DNA from: Candidatus Omnitrophota bacterium
GTDB taxonomy: Bacteria > Omnitrophota > Gorgyraeia > Gygaellales > UBA12090
DNA: 62,234 nucleotides
Direction of reading: 5' to 3'
Assembly (NCBI GenBank): GCA_030674475.1
Contig: JAUSCZ010000032.1
Coordinates: forward strand, 1 to 62,234
Both the position numbers and the translations under genes were made by a program. A model generated the notes under the pieces. The model was not told where the DNA came from and did no database searches. It saw nothing but the letters and a program-made list of their open reading frames with translations. Below, piece by piece: positions 35,394 through 44,822 of this stretch (position 1 is the first letter of the stretch; each line of letters opens with the position of its first letter).

Positions 35394-37394
35394 TTAGATA
35401 TTCCAAATTAGGCGCTTATATTCATCCAGCATCCTGTAGGTATTAAAATGGGCTCCCGCGCTAAGGCAATTTATCATCAGGTCTATCCATTGTGAAGAAA
35501 TATCCACCTTACCTTTATTATTGGTCTTATAATAAAGCTTAATCATTTCGCCTAAGGCCAGATATAGCTCCCGGGAATCATCCGCCAGGCGCAGGTCATA
35601 CTCGTTGGCAGGCTTTCCCTCCGGGGCCCGGTAGCCGAAAATCTTTCCGATGTTTTTATCCTCAGCCTCAACCACCCAGCCGTCAAGGGTGCTTACCTGC
35701 ACTACCCCGTTAAGAATGGCCTTCATCCCGCTGGTGCCCGAGGCCTCAAAGGGAGGCAGGGGATTATTCAGCCAGACATCCACGCTGGAAATCAACATCT
35801 TAGCCAGGGCTATGTCGTAATTCTCCAGCATAATAATCTTTAGATAATCATACACCCCGGTCAGGGTATCTATTTTATCCAACATCTCATTTATATAGGT
35901 AAAGCCGAGATTATCCTGAGGGTGGGCCTTGCCGGCAAAAATTATCTGTATCGGGCCGTATTTTTTGGCCATCTCCAGTAATTTTTGCACATCCTGAAGT
36001 ATCAGGCTTGGCCGTTTATAGGCGGCTACCCTCCTGGCCCAGCAGACGGTAAAAATATCCTTATCTAAACCCCATTTACCCAAAAAGGAACAGAACTCTC
36101 CCTTGTTATCCTGATGCGCCTGCCAAAGGTCCTGGCGGAAATTTTTATCATCCTTTAAATTTTGGGCATTCTCCAGAACAAAGGGATTAGACTTGATCTC
36201 TTTAAAGGCCGCGGGATATTTTTCATACAAGGCCTTAAACCTGTCCGAAATCCAGGTATGGGTGTGCACCCCGTTGGTTACGTATTGTATCCTTTCCTTG
36301 TAAGCCGGGAACTGAAGATGCATCACATCCCGATGCTTCCTGGCTACGGCATTAATAGCCGAAGAGACATTCATCGCCAGCAAGGTAAGATTTATCAAAT
36401 CACCGCCTTCCCGGCCGAATTCCCGGACAATCTCAAAATCATCCTTTTTCAGGATATTGCTTAAATCCCCGCTGTTAAATTTATCATGGCCGGCCTCAAC
36501 CGGGGTATGACAGGTATAGGCAAAATGTTTCTTGAGTTCCTGAATTTCATTTTTAGCCAGCCCTCTGGCCTTCTCCACAAAGGCGAATACCGCGTGGCCT
36601 TCGTTTAAATGAAATTTATCAATAGTATAACCCAATTCTTTAAGAGCGGCCGCCCCACCCATCCCTAAAATTATCCTCTGTATCGCCTTGATCCAACCAT
36701 TGTCACTGCGGTAGAGCTGGTCGGTAAGATGGCGGTTATTTTCATTGTTCGGCTCGATATTAGAATCAAGCAGGATCAGCGGCAGGGCATAATCCTGATT
36801 ATAGCTGTAGACATAATACTTCCATAAACGCAGGTGTATTTCTTCGGATTTTAAAGAAATCTTTATCCTGTTTTTTAAAGGAATGAGCCCGGGATAAGAG
36901 GATACATCCCAGTGTATCCTCTCCGGCATCTGGCCGTATTTAAACCAAAACTTCTGCCGGAAATAACCGGTATTCCAAAGCATGCCGATTCCTACCGCGG
37001 GAAGCTTATAATCAGCCATGGTCTTGATGGTGTCCCCGGCCAGAACCCCTAAGCCGCCGCTATAAATAGGAAGGTCCATCAAGCGGTCTATCTTTACCCC
37101 GAAGAAATAATCCGCCAGCCGGTAATTAGAAAAAACCTCCTGCTCCTGGTTTTGGTTATTCGGGCTCACCGGACGCGCCGTGCTGAATTTGTTGTAGAAG
37201 CTGGTGGCCAGACCGTATTCCATAGAGAAATAGGCAATCGAAGGCTCTGTCCGCAGCCGCTTCTCGCCTTCTATGATACAACTGACAGGCTTGCCAAAAT
37301 ACATGCCGCCTGAGATATCTTTGCTGTAAATGTCATTGTAATTCTCGACATCTACCAATGACAAAAATTCAGAAGTCGCGTTATCTTTTTCCAT
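35394..37394 (-). CDS. glgP: Alpha-glucan phosphorylase (GT35, GlgP/MalP-like short form)
   Basis: 666 aa. PLP-lysine motif EASGTSGMK and the GGLG..AGD signature. Confidence 0.85.
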   Translation of the reverse strand: MEKDNATSEFLSLVDVENYNDIYSKDISGGMYFGKPVSCIIEGEKRLRTEPSIAYFSMEYGLATSFYNKFSTARPVSPNNQNQEQEVFSNYRLADYFFGVKIDRLMDLPIYSGGLGVLAGDTIKTMADYKLPAVGIGMLWNTGYFRQKFWFKYGQMPERIHWDVSSYPGLIPLKNRIKISLKSEEIHLRLWKYYVYSYNQDYALPLILLDSNIEPNNENNRHLTDQLYRSDNGWIKAIQRIILGMGGAAALKELGYTIDKFHLNEGHAVFAFVEKARGLAKNEIQELKKHFAYTCHTPVEAGHDKFNSGDLSNILKKDDFEIVREFGREGGDLINLTLLAMNVSSAINAVARKHRDVMHLQFPAYKERIQYVTNGVHTHTWISDRFKALYEKYPAAFKEIKSNPFVLENAQNLKDDKNFRQDLWQAHQDNKGEFCSFLGKWGLDKDIFTVCWARRVAAYKRPSLILQDVQKLLEMAKKYGPIQIIFAGKAHPQDNLGFTYINEMLDKIDTLTGVYDYLKIIMLENYDIALAKMLISSVDVWLNNPLPPFEASGTSGMKAILNGVVQVSTLDGWVVEAEDKNIGKIFGYRAPEGKPANEYDLRLADDSRELYLALGEMIKLYYKTNNKGKVDISSQWIDLMINCLSAGAHFNTYRMLDEYKRLIWNI

Positions 37395-37473
37395 TACCGG
37401 CCTTTCTCAAAATTACCGCGTGAATAAACCCAAGGGATGAATATTATGGCATTATACCATTATTTTTTAAAAA

Positions 37474-38508
37474 TTAAAGACAGTTGCCGCGATGTAATTT
37501 TGCCTTCACCACATTCAGAAGATCCTCAACGCTAATACCCTCCATACATTCACCCGGCTGAAATTCTTTTTTACACACCGCTGTCCTATTCCCCGGATAA
37601 CATGGCATACATTTTAAAGCCGCCTTTGAAACAATCATATTAGCGCGGTGAAAATATGGATAAATATACTCCGCGGAAGTCGCCCCATACAGGCCTATCG
37701 TCTCTACCCCCATACAGCTTGCCAAATGCAAGAGGCTGGAATCCGGGGCAATAAAGAGCTTACAGCGCTTAAGTATAGCCATTGCCTGCTTAAGGCTGGT
37801 TTTATTAATCGCGCCGATTATATCCGAAGACATATTTTTAAGAACCTCACGGCTAAAAGAATCATCACCACTCTTTCCCAAAGCAATCAACTTAGCGCCA
37901 TATCGCGATTTCAGGATTTTAGCTGATTCATTCCATTTTTCAATGGGCCAGCTTTTTAGTGACCAGGCGGCAACAGGTAAAATGCCTATAAGAATATCCT
38001 CATCTCCCACGGACTGCTCTTTCAGGAAATTACCGGCAAAGCTTTTTTCCTGTTCACTGAGATTAAAACAAAACTTAGCCTGAGTAAACGATACGCCTTT
38101 CGCCTTTAAAAACTCAAGATAGATATCGGCGATATGTTTTTTTACTTCGCAGGGACGCCTTCCCAGGTATTCGCGCACACTCCATACCCGCGGTATCCCT
38201 AAGAACTTATACAGCAAGGTGCTGTTTAAGACCACGGCTAAATCAAATTTTTCTTTACGTAAGGCGCGGATAAGCCTCAAATATCCGAATAACCCCTTGT
38301 CCTTGGCATAGGTATCAAATAAAAAAATCTTACTTATGCCGGTATATCCCTGGAATATGTTCTGGGTGCGGCTGGAGGTAAGAATAGAAATCCTGGCTTG
38401 AGGAAACTGCTCCTGTAAGGGTACTGCCACAACGGCATTATAGCAGGCGTCCCCAATATTAGAGTGGCCGATTATGAGGATATTCTGAAACATTGGAGGA
38501 AAGGTCAA
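37474..38508 (-). CDS. Glycosyltransferase family 9 (heptosyltransferase-like)
   Basis: 344 aa. GT9 pattern (ILIIGHSNIGD, LF.DSSLLHLA.. G....LYG). Confidence 0.75.
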   Translation of the reverse strand: MTFPPMFQNILIIGHSNIGDACYNAVVAVPLQEQFPQARISILTSSRTQNIFQGYTGISKIFLFDTYAKDKGLFGYLRLIRALRKEKFDLAVVLNSTLLYKFLGIPRVWSVREYLGRRPCEVKKHIADIYLEFLKAKGVSFTQAKFCFNLSEQEKSFAGNFLKEQSVGDEDILIGILPVAAWSLKSWPIEKWNESAKILKSRYGAKLIALGKSGDDSFSREVLKNMSSDIIGAINKTSLKQAMAILKRCKLFIAPDSSLLHLASCMGVETIGLYGATSAEYIYPYFHRANMIVSKAALKCMPCYPGNRTAVCKKEFQPGECMEGISVEDLLNVVKAKLHRGNCL

Positions 38509-38512
38509 ACGT

Positions 38513-39541
38513 TTAAAGCGCCATTTTTTCGACAGATTTTATGGCTAAGTCTATCGCGGCAGAAACATCGTCAATATGAAAAACACCCGTGGCTGAATGG
38601 ATATAGCGGGAAGGAACACTCAAAACCCCGGTGGGCACGCCTTCTCTATTCATATATATCATTGCCCCGTCGGTCATACCACCGTCAATCACATCTATTT
38701 GATATTTTATCTTATTAACCCTGGCGGTCTCAATTAAGATATTCTTAACTTTTTCATTCACAATCATACCCCGGCCGCAGGCCTCGATCAGGGTTATGGC
38801 CACGCCTTGGCCTAATTTTAACGCCGACTCTCTTTCTTGAATCTGGGGAGTATCTCCGGCCACGGTGGTATCCAGGGCAATGGCGAAATCCGGGTTAATC
38901 TTAAAAGAAGAAGTCCTGGCACCCTTAAGCCCGACTTCTTCCTGGGCAGTGGCCACGGCATAAATTTCCGCCGGCGCCTTAATCTTCTCAAATATTTTAA
39001 TCAGGGCGTAACAACCCACCCGGTCGTCCACCGCCTTGCCGTAATAAAGCTTACCGTTTAAGACCCCGGAATTCGGCTCAAAGATTACCGCGTCGCCAAT
39101 CTCAATCTTTTTTTCCGCTTCTTCCCTGCTTGGACAGCCGATATCAATAAACATATCCTCATATTTAAGCGGATGTTTTTTATCTTCTTCTTTTTGCAGA
39201 TGCGGAGGCTTGGATCCGACTATGCCGGCAATATCTCCTTTTTTAGCCTTAATGATAACCCTTTGAGCGGGCAATACCCGGTCGTCAATTCCCCCAATCT
39301 TGATAAAACTTATAAAACCTTCCTTACTTATATGCTTAACCAGAAGCCCCACCTCATCCATATGGGCGGCGAGCATAATCTTCTTTTTGCCTTTACCTTT
39401 TTTGGCAATAACATTGCCGAAGTTATCAATGTGGACATCATTAGAAACCTTCTTAAACTCATTGAACATCAACCTGGCAACTTCGTTTTCGTATCCGGGA
39501 ATTCCGGCTGACTCAAGCAGCTTCTTTAACAAACTATCCAT
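38513..39541 (-). CDS. M42 family metallopeptidase (FrvX/CelM/PepA-like aminopeptidase)
   Basis: 342 aa. AHMDEVG and D.R.G metal-ligand motifs, plus QEEVGL.GA. Confidence 0.85.
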   Translation of the reverse strand: MDSLLKKLLESAGIPGYENEVARLMFNEFKKVSNDVHIDNFGNVIAKKGKGKKKIMLAAHMDEVGLLVKHISKEGFISFIKIGGIDDRVLPAQRVIIKAKKGDIAGIVGSKPPHLQKEEDKKHPLKYEDMFIDIGCPSREEAEKKIEIGDAVIFEPNSGVLNGKLYYGKAVDDRVGCYALIKIFEKIKAPAEIYAVATAQEEVGLKGARTSSFKINPDFAIALDTTVAGDTPQIQERESALKLGQGVAITLIEACGRGMIVNEKVKNILIETARVNKIKYQIDVIDGGMTDGAMIYMNREGVPTGVLSVPSRYIHSATGVFHIDDVSAAIDLAIKSVEKMAL

Positions 39542-39558
39542 TTAATCCCTCTTTTCTT

Positions 39559-41403
39559 CTACTTTTCGGTGGCTTCTTGCATAATCTCGGTCATCCGTTT
39601 GATGAAATCACCCGGCGCGTTAAGCTCCCCATCAATAAATAAGGCCCCTTCGTATAACTGGTTTATGCACTTGTTTAAGATTGGGTTAGTCGTATCGGCT
39701 AAATAAATCCGCGAGAGATTACGAATAAGCGGATGCGTTATATTCACCTCAAGTATCCTTTTTTGCTTCTGAAAATCCTTATCCATCATCCGCATCATTC
39801 TCTCCATCTGCGGTTCAAGGCCGCTTTTACCCGAAACCAGGGTAACCGGAGAATCAACTAAACGCTTAGAAACCAGCACATCCTCTACTTTTCCTCCCAG
39901 GGCCGCCTTAAATAGAGAAATCAAAGACTTGGTCAGATTATCATCCGGCTTTTCGATTCTCTCCTCGGCCTTTAAATCAATATCTGATTTCTGGATAGAG
40001 ACAATATGCTTTTTATCGTATTCCGGGATTGAAGGAACCACAAAGACATCCATCGGTTCAGTTAAAAAAAGCACCTCTATCTTATGCTTGTTAAAATATT
40101 CCAAATTAGGGTTTCTTTCCAGAATCTCCCTGTTCTCACCGGAAAGATAATAAATCTCCTTCTGGTCGGAGAGCATCCTCTGGACATATTCCTTAAAAGA
40201 CACCAACTCCCCCTTAGGCCTCAAGGAAGATTCAAACCTTAATAGTTCGATTATCTTATCTTTGTTTTCAAAATCCGAATTTATCCCCACCTTTAAAAGC
40301 GGGCCGAAATTCTTATAAAAAACAGCGTATTTCTCTTTATCACTCATTGCCCAACTTTCTAAGAAAGAAAGTATTTTAGAAGTAATCACGCTCTTTATCT
40401 TAAGCATTTCCGGGCTGGATTGAGTTACCTCCCGCGAAATATTTAAAGGCAAATCCGTGGTATCCACCACCCCTTTGACAAAACGCAGATACTCCGGAAG
40501 CAATTCTTTGCAGTCATTCTGGATGAGTATCTTATTGGTATAAAGATGCAGGGATTTTTCATTATGCAGGCGCATCAGGTCCGAAGGAGCGGTCTTGGGG
40601 ATAAAAACCAAAGCCTTAAAATTTACCACTCCCTCAATGGACATATGCAGATGCCCCAGGGGCCCTTCAAAATCATTGCTGACAAACTTGTAAAACTCAT
40701 CCAGGTCTTGGCTTTTAAGCTCATCGGTCTTCTTATGCCAAAGGGCGGTTACCTTATTTACCTTTTCCCCGTTTAAAAGTATGGGGAAATCGGCAAAGTT
40801 AGAATACTTATTGATAATCTCTTTTATCCGGTAGTCCTGGGAAAATTCCTTGGCGCTCTCTTTGAACTTAAAAGAAATCTTGGTTCCCCGGTGCTTTCGA
40901 TCAATTTCTTCTATGGTAAAATTTCCTTCTCCGCCGGATTTCCAGAGATAGCCTTTGGAAGAGCTGTCGGCGCCGCGGGTTTCTACCGATACCTCATCAG
41001 CAACCATAAACACGGAATAAAAACCCACGCCGAACTGCCCGATCAAATTCCCTTCAAAAGCGGCCTTTTGTTCTTTTACCCGGCGTAAAAACTCTAATGT
41101 CCCGGATGAGGCAATAGTCCCGATATTATTAATCAGCTCCTCTTTAGTCATCCCGATTCCAAAGTCTTCTATGGAAAACTTATCCTTCTTGGGGTCAACC
41201 TCAATCCTGATTTCTAAATCAGCATCCGGATCAACAATGTCCTTATCAGTCAGCTTCCTGAAACGCGCCTTATTCAGGGCATCCGAAGAATTAGAGATAA
41301 GCTCGCGTAAAAATACCTCCGGGTGATTATACAAAGAATGAACGATAATATTCAAAAGCTGTTTCATCTCCGCCTTAAATTCAAATGTTTCCATGTCAGT
41401 CAA
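39559..41403 (-). CDS. htpG: Molecular chaperone HtpG (Hsp90)
   Basis: 614 aa. N-terminal FLRELISNSSDA and GQFGVGFYS ATPase motifs. Confidence 0.95.
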   Translation of the reverse strand: MTDMETFEFKAEMKQLLNIIVHSLYNHPEVFLRELISNSSDALNKARFRKLTDKDIVDPDADLEIRIEVDPKKDKFSIEDFGIGMTKEELINNIGTIASSGTLEFLRRVKEQKAAFEGNLIGQFGVGFYSVFMVADEVSVETRGADSSSKGYLWKSGGEGNFTIEEIDRKHRGTKISFKFKESAKEFSQDYRIKEIINKYSNFADFPILLNGEKVNKVTALWHKKTDELKSQDLDEFYKFVSNDFEGPLGHLHMSIEGVVNFKALVFIPKTAPSDLMRLHNEKSLHLYTNKILIQNDCKELLPEYLRFVKGVVDTTDLPLNISREVTQSSPEMLKIKSVITSKILSFLESWAMSDKEKYAVFYKNFGPLLKVGINSDFENKDKIIELLRFESSLRPKGELVSFKEYVQRMLSDQKEIYYLSGENREILERNPNLEYFNKHKIEVLFLTEPMDVFVVPSIPEYDKKHIVSIQKSDIDLKAEERIEKPDDNLTKSLISLFKAALGGKVEDVLVSKRLVDSPVTLVSGKSGLEPQMERMMRMMDKDFQKQKRILEVNITHPLIRNLSRIYLADTTNPILNKCINQLYEGALFIDGELNAPGDFIKRMTEIMQEATEK

Positions 41404-41469
41404 TCCTCCTGTTATTTTTTACGCTTAGTGAGGCCGGACTCTATTTTATCCGGCACCTAAAAGATTATT

Positions 41470-41991
41470 TCATTGCTTAATATGTATGGCCCAGGCAAGA
41501 GGTTCTTTCTTCGGAAGTTTCGGCAAGGCCTCCTCTATATCCGATTGAGAAATAACATACCCTTTGGCACTCTCAGGATTCACAAAAACACCGCCGGCCT
41601 TATCATCGGAAATGACAGTTTCATAACATTGCCGCACTCGCATAGGCTGAAAACTGCTTCCGGAAGGAATAAAAGAAATATCGGTATAAATGACCAAAGC
41701 CGTAGCATCTCCACCCTCAAGCTGAGCCTGTATATAGGTATATACGGTTTCTGTGTTTGAGGCACGCACATTTCCATAGCCATGCTCTTTCAAGGCCTCA
41801 TCCATAGACAAAAAGGTCATCATATCAACCGGCACATACACCTCGTCAAAAAATTGCAAAGACATGGCATTGTTCTTCTCGGAGGCACATCCGCAAATAA
41901 TGCCGCACAACGCCGCGCAAGCAATAATAACGTTCAAATACCGCCTGTAATTAAACACTTCTCTCATCAGAAACCTCATTAAAAATAGCAA
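41470..41991 (-). CDS. Putative lipoprotein, unknown function
   Basis: Lipobox-like IICGCAS after a hydrophobic segment. The annotated TTG start is uncertain (internal ATGs at codons 5 and 9). Confidence 0.45.
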   Translation of the reverse strand: MLFLMRFLMREVFNYRRYLNVIIACAALCGIICGCASEKNNAMSLQFFDEVYVPVDMMTFLSMDEALKEHGYGNVRASNTETVYTYIQAQLEGGDATALVIYTDISFIPSGSSFQPMRVRQCYETVISDDKAGGVFVNPESAKGYVISQSDIEEALPKLPKKEPLAWAIHIKQ

Positions 41992-42182
41992 ACCTCCGCT
42001 TGGACGATACCGGAGGTTAAATTATTCTCTTTCTAAGCATTTTCCAGTATATAATTTTAGCTTAGGCCCTTAGCGTTGTCAAATATTTTCTTAACACCTC
42101 AGTAACCGGTCACTAAACGGGGGCAATTTATAAAATGACACCAGCCGCCCCTATTCACTAACGCATTACACGCCTCATTTAT

Positions 42183-42216
42183 AAAAAAGGGCCCGGACTT
42201 TTATGCCCGGGCCCCT
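42183..42216 (-). terminator. Intrinsic terminator downstream of csp copy 1
   Basis: Minus-strand GGGCCCGG-CAUAAAAGU-CCGGGCCC followed by UUUUUU. Confidence 0.8.
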
Positions 42217-42230
42217 GTTGTTTTATCAAA

Positions 42231-42431
42231 TTACAGCTTGGTTACTTTGGTAGCCTGCTCACCCTTGGGGCCTTTTTCGATTTCGAACTCCACCTCCTGC
42301 CCATCGGTTAAAGACTTATAGCCATCACCCTGAATCGCGCTATGATGCACAAACACATCGCTGCCTGACTCGGGGGTAATAAATCCGTACCCTTTTTGGT
42401 TTGAGAACCATTTTACTTTTCCTTTTGCCAT
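42231..42431 (-). CDS. cspA: Cold-shock protein (CspA family), copy 1
   Basis: 66 aa. RNP1 KGYGFI and RNP2 VFVHH motifs. Confidence 0.95.
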   Translation of the reverse strand: MAKGKVKWFSNQKGYGFITPESGSDVFVHHSAIQGDGYKSLTDGQEVEFEIEKGPKGEQATKVTKL

Positions 42432-42535
42432 GATTTGCTTCCTCCTTCCTTGAAAAAATTATAGTAAACCCCGATAGAAACACCCTGTCTTTACCGTTTG
42501 CGCGCAGTTTCTAACGGGGTCATTAGCGGCATAAA

Positions 42536-42580
42536 ACAAAAAAAACCGTTGAGCAAGCGTATCTTCTTGCCTCACGGTTC
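42536..42580 (-). promoter_or_regulatory. Terminator-like attenuator hairpin in the csp-1 leader
   Basis: RNA CCGUGAGGCAAG-AAGAUACG-CUUGCUCAACGG (about 11 bp) followed by U9, about 30 nt downstream of the predicted TSS and about 100 nt upstream of the ATG. Confidence 0.6.
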
Positions 42581-42614
42581 AAAGTGTTTGCTTCTTAAAT
42601 TTACTACGATGCTA

Positions 42615-42642
42615 AGTATATCCTGTTTTTCAGATTTGTCAA
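42615..42642 (-). promoter_or_regulatory. Sigma70-type promoter of csp-1
   Basis: Minus strand TTGACA-N16-TATACT. Implies a 5' UTR of about 175 nt, as is typical of cold-shock genes. Confidence 0.65.
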
Positions 42643-42684
42643 CGAATTTTTACAGTTTTTTTGCTAATACACTATTCAAAATAT

Positions 42685-43014
42685 CTAATCAACCAACATT
42701 TCTTTTATAGTAGATTTTATGCTGCTAATCGTATTATGATCTATTTCTCCTAACCTCTTAACTAATCTCCTCTTATCCACTGTACGTATCTGATCCAATA
42801 CCACCCAGCCGTTTTTCTCCTTAAATTTAACCGGCACCCGGCTCGGATAAGGATGTGACTGCGCTGTCATCGGGGCAATAATCACAGTAGAAATATATTT
42901 ATTCATCTCATCTGGGGAAAGAATAGCACAAGGACGAGATTTCTTGATTTCATGCCCGATAGTGGGATCAAGAGCAATTAGAAAAACATCATATTGCTTT
43001 ATTTCCATTCCCAC
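42685..43014 (-). CDS. mazF: MazF/PemK-family type II toxin, second copy
   Basis: 109 aa. YDVFLIALDPTIGHEIKKSRPCAILS motif. 16-nt overlap with the upstream antitoxin gene. Confidence 0.8.
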   Translation of the reverse strand: MGMEIKQYDVFLIALDPTIGHEIKKSRPCAILSPDEMNKYISTVIIAPMTAQSHPYPSRVPVKFKEKNGWVVLDQIRTVDKRRLVKRLGEIDHNTISSIKSTIKEMLVD

Positions 43015-43250
43015 CTCTCCATAGCGAGATCAATATTATCATCAATAATGAGCTGATCATCCTTATTTCCGTGCATCTTTTGGAAGGCCTGCCCCCAATC
43101 TTTTCTTGGCTCCCTCCTGAGAGGCCTAATAATAATACTTTCGCCTTTAGTTTCTAGATTGACTCTTTGCTTAATATGGCACTGCTCTAATATTACTTTT
43201 GGTATCCTTATCCCTTTAGAGTTCCCTATCGAAACTATTGCTAATTCCAT
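42999..43250 (-). CDS. mazE: AbrB/MazE/SpoVT-family antitoxin
   Basis: 83 aa. N-terminal swapped-hairpin motif (IGNSKGIRIPKVILEQ). Confidence 0.75.
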   Translation of the reverse strand: MELAIVSIGNSKGIRIPKVILEQCHIKQRVNLETKGESIIIRPLRREPRKDWGQAFQKMHGNKDDQLIIDDNIDLAMERWEWK

Positions 43251-43270
43251 TTTTCATCACCTCCAAAGTA

Positions 43271-43298
43271 ATTATAAAGTAATTACATATTTTGTCAA
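43271..43298 (-). promoter_or_regulatory. Sigma70-type promoter of mazE-mazF with overlapping operator-like direct repeats
   Basis: Minus strand TTGACA-N16-TATAAT. The 10-mer TAATTACTTT is repeated with an 11-bp period (plus-strand aaagtaatta at 43265-43274 and 43276-43285), overlapping the -10 box and the TSS. Confidence 0.6.
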
Positions 43299-43451
43299 GA
43301 TTTAATTTCTATTCTTACTCTCCCATAAAATTTACCTTGCCTTATTTTCCCTAAAAATTAGGGGACTTAATTATTGATTTTATTATACTGTCCCAATTAT
43401 TCGGACATAACGCAATTATAGTCATTCGATTAATCTTTTATCAACTAATGT

Positions 43452-44810
43452 CTAATGTCCGGGGCTGACCCCGCCGTTTCCCTTACACGCAAACCATTTC
43501 TTGGAAAAATAACGTTTAGTAATCAAAATTGCCTGAAGCGCTACGGAAAGGTTCATTGACCACCAGATTGCCGGGGCGCCCAGTTTAAAATAAACGCCCA
43601 GCAGATAACTTAAAGGCACACGCACCAGCCACACCGACAACACTACTGCCGCCATAACGCGCCTGGTGTCCCCCGCCCCATTAAGGCCTCCGGCCAGGAT
43701 AACTCCCCAGGCCATAACCGGCTCTGAAAGTAAGGCTATATAAATATAGCGGATAGATTCCCGGATAACAATATCGTTATTTGAGATAAGCGCGGCGGCG
43801 GCTGAGCCGTTAAACATAACCATCACCGTCAAGGCCGAAACAATCGTAACCCCGGCCAGGGCAGTTACTATACCAGCGGAAAAAGCATCTTCCTGGTTAT
43901 TCTTACCCAATAAATTTCCCACCACCACCGCTGAAGCCATATTAAAGGCGAAAGCGGGAAGAAAAATCACAGACTCAATCTTCAGGCCGTTAGTAAAAGC
44001 GGCCAGTATCTCAATATTATTTTCAGGGAGAGCGCTGATAATAAGAAACAGCGCCAGCACCGACAATTGCCAAAATATCTGAAGCACTCCCGCCGGCCAG
44101 CCGATACTGAAAATATTCCTGATTATCGCTAAAGAAAATTTAAAACGCCGGGTCATCACATTTTTTAAAAAAAACAGGTTTAAGAAACAGCCTATCAGGG
44201 TGCTTATTCCGGTGGCTGCGGCAATTCCCTTGAATCCCAAAGGGGTGCCGAAAGACAAGGTGAAATTAAGCCCAATGTTCAATAAAGAAACTACGGCCAT
44301 AGTCAGAAGGGATTGCTTAATCTTGCCGCAAGAGCGCAAGATACCGTTGGTGTTTAAAAGCAGATAATTAAACAACAGGCTGAAAGAATAAATCCGAATC
44401 AAGGGCGCGGCCAACCCTTTAAGCACCTGAGGGACGTTAAAACTATTGATGATGCTCCCGGAAAAGGCCAGCGCGAATAAACTTAAAAGTATCCCCGCGG
44501 CTATCGCGCTGATAAGCGAAGAGTCAACCGCGATATTAAAATCATCTTTGGCCGCAAAGCTGAATAGCCGGGATATTACCGAGACCGTGCCCGCGGTTAA
44601 AGCAAAGGCGATGATACTAAAAATAAAATACAGCTGAGAGGCCAGGCCATAAGCCGCCTGGACCTCCTTGCTTATCCTGCCGGCCACATACACATCGCTC
44701 AGCCCGATTAAAAACACAAAAAACATAATACAGGTCATCGGCCAGCTTATTGACCAGCTCCGAAGGATAAGGGATTTGATATTTTTATTCCGTAACGCCT
44801 GCCAAAGCAT
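43452..44810 (-). CDS. MATE family efflux transporter
   Basis: 452 aa, 12 predicted TM helices, with the sequence character of the MATE family. Confidence 0.85.
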   Translation of the reverse strand: MLWQALRNKNIKSLILRSWSISWPMTCIMFFVFLIGLSDVYVAGRISKEVQAAYGLASQLYFIFSIIAFALTAGTVSVISRLFSFAAKDDFNIAVDSSLISAIAAGILLSLFALAFSGSIINSFNVPQVLKGLAAPLIRIYSFSLLFNYLLLNTNGILRSCGKIKQSLLTMAVVSLLNIGLNFTLSFGTPLGFKGIAAATGISTLIGCFLNLFFLKNVMTRRFKFSLAIIRNIFSIGWPAGVLQIFWQLSVLALFLIISALPENNIEILAAFTNGLKIESVIFLPAFAFNMASAVVVGNLLGKNNQEDAFSAGIVTALAGVTIVSALTVMVMFNGSAAAALISNNDIVIRESIRYIYIALLSEPVMAWGVILAGGLNGAGDTRRVMAAVVLSVWLVRVPLSYLLGVYFKLGAPAIWWSMNLSVALQAILITKRYFSKKWFACKGNGGVSPGH

Positions 44811-44822
44811 AAGGATTTTTTC

